DNA of 64,000 nucleotides from Gammaproteobacteria bacterium UBA6940 (GTDB lineage Bacteria; Pseudomonadota; Gammaproteobacteria; Pseudomonadales; UBA6940): NCBI GenBank assembly GCA_002450655.1, contig DJZY01000064.1, positions 1 to 64,000 of the forward strand, read 5' to 3'. Shown piece by piece: positions 60,994 to 64,000 of this stretch (position 1 is its first letter; each line of letters starts with the position of its first letter). The notes under the pieces were generated by a model. It saw only the letters and a program-made list of their open reading frames with translations, ran no database searches and was not told where the DNA came from. The position numbers and the translations under genes were made by a program.

Positions 60994-61455
60994 ATGACGA
61001 AGCTTGAACTTAAAATGCCGCCCTTGCTCCAAGTTCTTATTGCGGCGGGGATAATGCAAGTTATTGATCACACATTGGCTTTTGGGCAAATTCAGATGCC
61101 CTTTCATATAATGACTTCAGGACTTATAGCTGCCGCTGGCTTACTTTGCATCTCATTATCCCTTTTGACTTTTAAAAAATACAAAACCACAGTAGACCCT
61201 CTTCATTTAGAAAAAAATAACACACTTATTACACAAGGTATTTTTAAGAAAACCCGTAATCCAATTTACTTGGCTTTTGTGTTATTTCTTCTTGCTTATT
61301 TTTATTTTTTAGGGCAGGTGCTCAACATAGCAGTCATTCTCGGTTTTATTATTTACATGACACGTTTTCAAATAATACCTGAAGAGCGCTTCTTATTGAA
61401 AAGATATGGACAGGAATATATCGATTATATGAGCTTAACCAAGCGTTGGATTTAA
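60994..61455 (+). CDS. Isoprenylcysteine carboxyl methyltransferase (ICMT/PEMT) family membrane methyltransferase
   Basis: 'ITQGIFKKTRNPIYLAFVL...EERFLLKRYGQEY'. Confidence 0.75.
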   Translation: MTKLELKMPPLLQVLIAAGIMQVIDHTLAFGQIQMPFHIMTSGLIAAAGLLCISLSLLTFKKYKTTVDPLHLEKNNTLITQGIFKKTRNPIYLAFVLFLLAYFYFLGQVLNIAVILGFIIYMTRFQIIPEERFLLKRYGQEYIDYMSLTKRWI

Positions 61456-61492
61456 GAAAATACGACCAACATGCCTGGCTCGTTTCATAACG

Positions 61493-62662
61493 CTAACTAA
61501 AAATAGGGTTTTGGATCTGTGTTAGGTCGCATAAATACTGTTTTTCAAATCCATCGATAGCGGCTTCTACATCATGCTCTCGAATATATTGGCCTAAGCC
61601 TTGATTTTTAATGTTATCAAGACCCTCAATAATAGCGCCTGACTCAAGCTCAGGTTGCATACATTGAGCAAAGATATTCGACATGATTCGAGCAGGGGAA
61701 ACAAAAAACTTATCGGCACCATTGATCTTTCGGCCTGCTTCCATGCCAAAAAAATGCAAAATCATCGACATTTTAATATTTCGCTGATCTTGAGTTGTGA
61801 TCTGTGCATTCTGATTATTTAAGGTTGCAACTGTTGTCTTGAAAATACCGCGATGCTCGACACAGCCATCCTTAATACCAGAACTCACAGCCATGGAGAT
61901 ATGTGAAGCCATATGAAGATAAGATTCCATCTTCATCAGGTTATCATCGTAGCTGCTGTTCAAACGGTCTAGATGATCAAATGCAAAATTATTAACAGGG
62001 CGGCTGGATATATAGACTGCATAACGCTTTTCGCCAGCCATTCTTGTATCGCCATCAAACTCTGCTGAACCTGTGTAGGTGTTATCAAGTTGGGTTGCCA
62101 GTTTTTCAGCTTTTAATGGTGACAATCGATGTTGTTGAACAATGGTATCGATTACCTGTGACTCATTAAACGAGCTAAAAAATTTATCTTCATCTGAATA
62201 GCCAGGGTCCAGAGGTTCTTGCTGTAAGTCATATTTCATATCTAATGCAGATCGGAAGCAGCGAGCTGCGTTTGCATTGACATCAATATAGTCGAGCCAG
62301 TGTTCAAAACGAGCTGGTGTAAGCTCTTCGCGTACAAGCCACATAGCCTTATTATCTTTATCAGTAATTTGGCTCACTACAAGCCCAGGTTTAACCTCTT
62401 GAACAAGCCCTAGATTAATCATTGAGCCTGGCCTTACTGGCACAAGGTTGGTAAATAAGCGTTGCATTATTATTTGTGCGGCATTAAGGCGACGAACAGC
62501 AGGCGTATCATTCATTTGCTGTGAATACATCGCTGCTCTGGATTGTGCCGCAGCTTGGGGATTAAAATGATTGTTTTGAGTCACTTGCTGAGCAGGTTGG
62601 GCAGATGTTTGGTTTTGATTAAAACTATAAGGCTGTAAAGGGGTAGGCATGCTCTTGTCCAA
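61493..62662 (-). CDS. Hypothetical protein (effector-like, Gln-rich N-terminus)
   Basis: 389-aa ORF. No recognised domain. Confidence 0.45.
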   Translation of the reverse strand: MDKSMPTPLQPYSFNQNQTSAQPAQQVTQNNHFNPQAAAQSRAAMYSQQMNDTPAVRRLNAAQIIMQRLFTNLVPVRPGSMINLGLVQEVKPGLVVSQITDKDNKAMWLVREELTPARFEHWLDYIDVNANAARCFRSALDMKYDLQQEPLDPGYSDEDKFFSSFNESQVIDTIVQQHRLSPLKAEKLATQLDNTYTGSAEFDGDTRMAGEKRYAVYISSRPVNNFAFDHLDRLNSSYDDNLMKMESYLHMASHISMAVSSGIKDGCVEHRGIFKTTVATLNNQNAQITTQDQRNIKMSMILHFFGMEAGRKINGADKFFVSPARIMSNIFAQCMQPELESGAIIEGLDNIKNQGLGQYIREHDVEAAIDGFEKQYLCDLTQIQNPIFS

Positions 62663-62738
62663 TTTTTGATGTCAAAGAGCATTACTATAAGTGGTTTTCT
62701 TTAAAGAAAGGCTTAATAGTGACAAAGATGATATTGGT

Positions 62739-62784
62739 AATCCAAGTATGATTATTCACTTAGAGCGAATGCCATACTTGGATT
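62739..62784. promoter_or_regulatory. 12-bp perfect inverted repeat aatccaagtatg-(22 nt)-catacttggatt
   Basis: Seen directly. Lies between the ZrgA-like stop (62819) and the start of 61493..62662. No U-tract. Confidence 0.4.
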
Positions 62785-62818
62785 AAGCAGTCATTAGGCT
62801 TAAAGCTCAATAATCGGA

Positions 62819-63430
62819 CTAACGTAAGTGAATGACATTATGATCAGCCGTCAGTGTTTCACCTTTTTGATCTGTATCAGTCACGATCATTGCATTAATT
62901 GTTTTTAGGTGCTCAAAAGACTTGAAGAGATTGACTTCAAGGTGAGTAAGCCCTGTTGGGTTTGAGCAGCTGTACGTGTAATGTGCTGTAATATCTGAAT
63001 GACCTTCGTGATGCTCGTCATGATTTTCGTGATCTTCGTCGTGGTCATGATGTTCATCGTGATCTTCATGATGCTCATCATGGTCGTGATCTTCGTGACC
63101 AAGAATGCCAGGCATATCAACATCTGCATCTTCAAGCTTGCAATCTGCACCATAAAAAGCAAACAGTACTTCAGGTGTTTTTAGAGACGCTTCAGCTTTA
63201 TGTGCTATGTCTTTTTCTGCTTGCGTTTGAGCTTCATGCTCAAAGCCAATAAAGCTTTCTGCAGGAGATTTAATTTCAACTTCTAGTTTTGAACCTTCCA
63301 GTACCATAGCAAGTTCTGCAACTCCATGTACATGCGCTTTTTGTTTATGGTGATCATGGTCGTGATCTGCAGCAAGAAGAAGCTGTGGTAGCGAAAGTGC
63401 TGCTAAAGCACAAAGCATTGTTTTTTTCAT
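62819..63430 (-). CDS. Periplasmic His-rich metal-binding protein (ZrgA/DUF2796-like)
   Basis: Signal peptide. 'DHDHDHH' motif. 30-aa 'HEDHDHDEHHEDHDEHHDHDEDHENHDEHHEGH' tract. Confidence 0.6.
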   Translation of the reverse strand: MKKTMLCALAALSLPQLLLAADHDHDHHKQKAHVHGVAELAMVLEGSKLEVEIKSPAESFIGFEHEAQTQAEKDIAHKAEASLKTPEVLFAFYGADCKLEDADVDMPGILGHEDHDHDEHHEDHDEHHDHDEDHENHDEHHEGHSDITAHYTYSCSNPTGLTHLEVNLFKSFEHLKTINAMIVTDTDQKGETLTADHNVIHLR

Positions 63431-63455
63431 CGTGAATAATCCTTAAAATTGTCAG

Positions 63456-64000
63456 TTAACCCCAAGCTGGGAATGGATCGTTAAGCTGTTCCCAATAGGC
63501 TCGGCCTTGTAAAACTTCTGCTTCTGATAATAAACACTGATTTAAAGCATGGGTCAAATCATCTTTCTTTAAATTTTGACCAATAAATACAAGCTCTTGT
63601 CTCATATCGCCAAATGGCTCAACCCATTGTTGTTGGATTGAGTCAAGATACTCTCGGTCTGTTGGCCAGTTTGCTTTTGGAACAGAATGCCAAAACATGC
63701 CTGCGAAACCATAGTGAGCAATACCTCCAGCCTGGTTCCACTGGCCGGCAAACTCTGGGCGGGATGCTAACCAGAAAAAGCCATTTGATCTGAGAAGCTT
63801 GCCATAGGTTTTCATATTATGAATCAGAGTGTAGAACTTTTCTGGGTGAAAGGGGCGTCGAGCTTCATAACAAAAGCTTGAAATGCCGTATTCTTCAGTT
63901 TCTGGTTGATGCTCACCTCGCATTTCTTTTAACCAGCAAGGTGCTTTTTGTGCTTCTTCAAAATTAAAAAGATTTGTATTTAAAATATGTTTAAGCTCGA
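63456..64000 (-). CDS. COG0523 (CobW/YjiA/ZigA-type) GTPase metallochaperone. C-terminal part only; the 5' end lies beyond the window.
   Basis: CobW_C region 'ISSFCYEARRPFHPEKF'. The frame stays open upstream to position 64000 (ELKHILNTNLFNFEEAQKAPCWLKEM...). Confidence 0.75.
   Translation of the reverse strand, partial: ELKHILNTNLFNFEEAQKAPCWLKEMRGEHQPETEEYGISSFCYEARRPFHPEKFYTLIHNMKTYGKLLRSNGFFWLASRPEFAGQWNQAGGIAHYGFAGMFWHSVPKANWPTDREYLDSIQQQWVEPFGDMRQELVFIGQNLKKDDLTHALNQCLLSEAEVLQGRAYWEQLNDPFPAWG

Noticed and set aside
62905-63184. Two small ORFs (85 and 61 aa) overlapping the His-rich tract region
   Set aside because: Produced by the repetitive CAT/GAT/GAA codons of the His/Asp/Glu tract read in other frames or on the other strand.
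1-64000. CRISPR arrays, IS elements, integrases, prophage or T4SS structural genes
   Set aside because: No direct-repeat/spacer periodicity, no transposase/integrase DDE or tyrosine-recombinase motifs, and no tRNA-flanked island boundaries were seen. The accessory character of the window comes from effector-like genes, not from identifiable mobile elements.

Overview
Low-GC (~40%) gammaproteobacterial chromosome segment, most consistent with a Legionella-type intracellular pathogen; the organism call is an inference from gene content, not from a search. Housekeeping genes (nadC, argB, coaBC, radC, prmA, accB/accC, aroQ, parE, cydAB, sodC, MATE, CDF, GST, acyltransferase) are interleaved with a dense set of eukaryotic-like, effector-type genes. 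These are two LegK-like Ser/Thr kinases, a tandem pair of atypical kinase-fold paralogs, two LRR proteins, a pair of paralogous OTU-like putative deubiquitinases flanking a small membrane PD-(D/E)xK/NERD-like nuclease operon, and several multi-domain hypothetical proteins. Other notable items: a phosphomannomutase fused to a ~400-aa two-TM membrane N-terminal module; a glycerophosphodiester phosphodiesterase split by a frameshift at a homopolymer; a Flp-prepilin-like leader on a 336-aa protein with an overlapping downstream partner gene; a metal (Zn)-limitation cluster (His-rich ZrgA-like protein plus a COG0523 GTPase truncated at the window end); and several strong Rho-independent terminators. 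No rRNA, tRNA, CRISPR, transposase or integrase was recognised.
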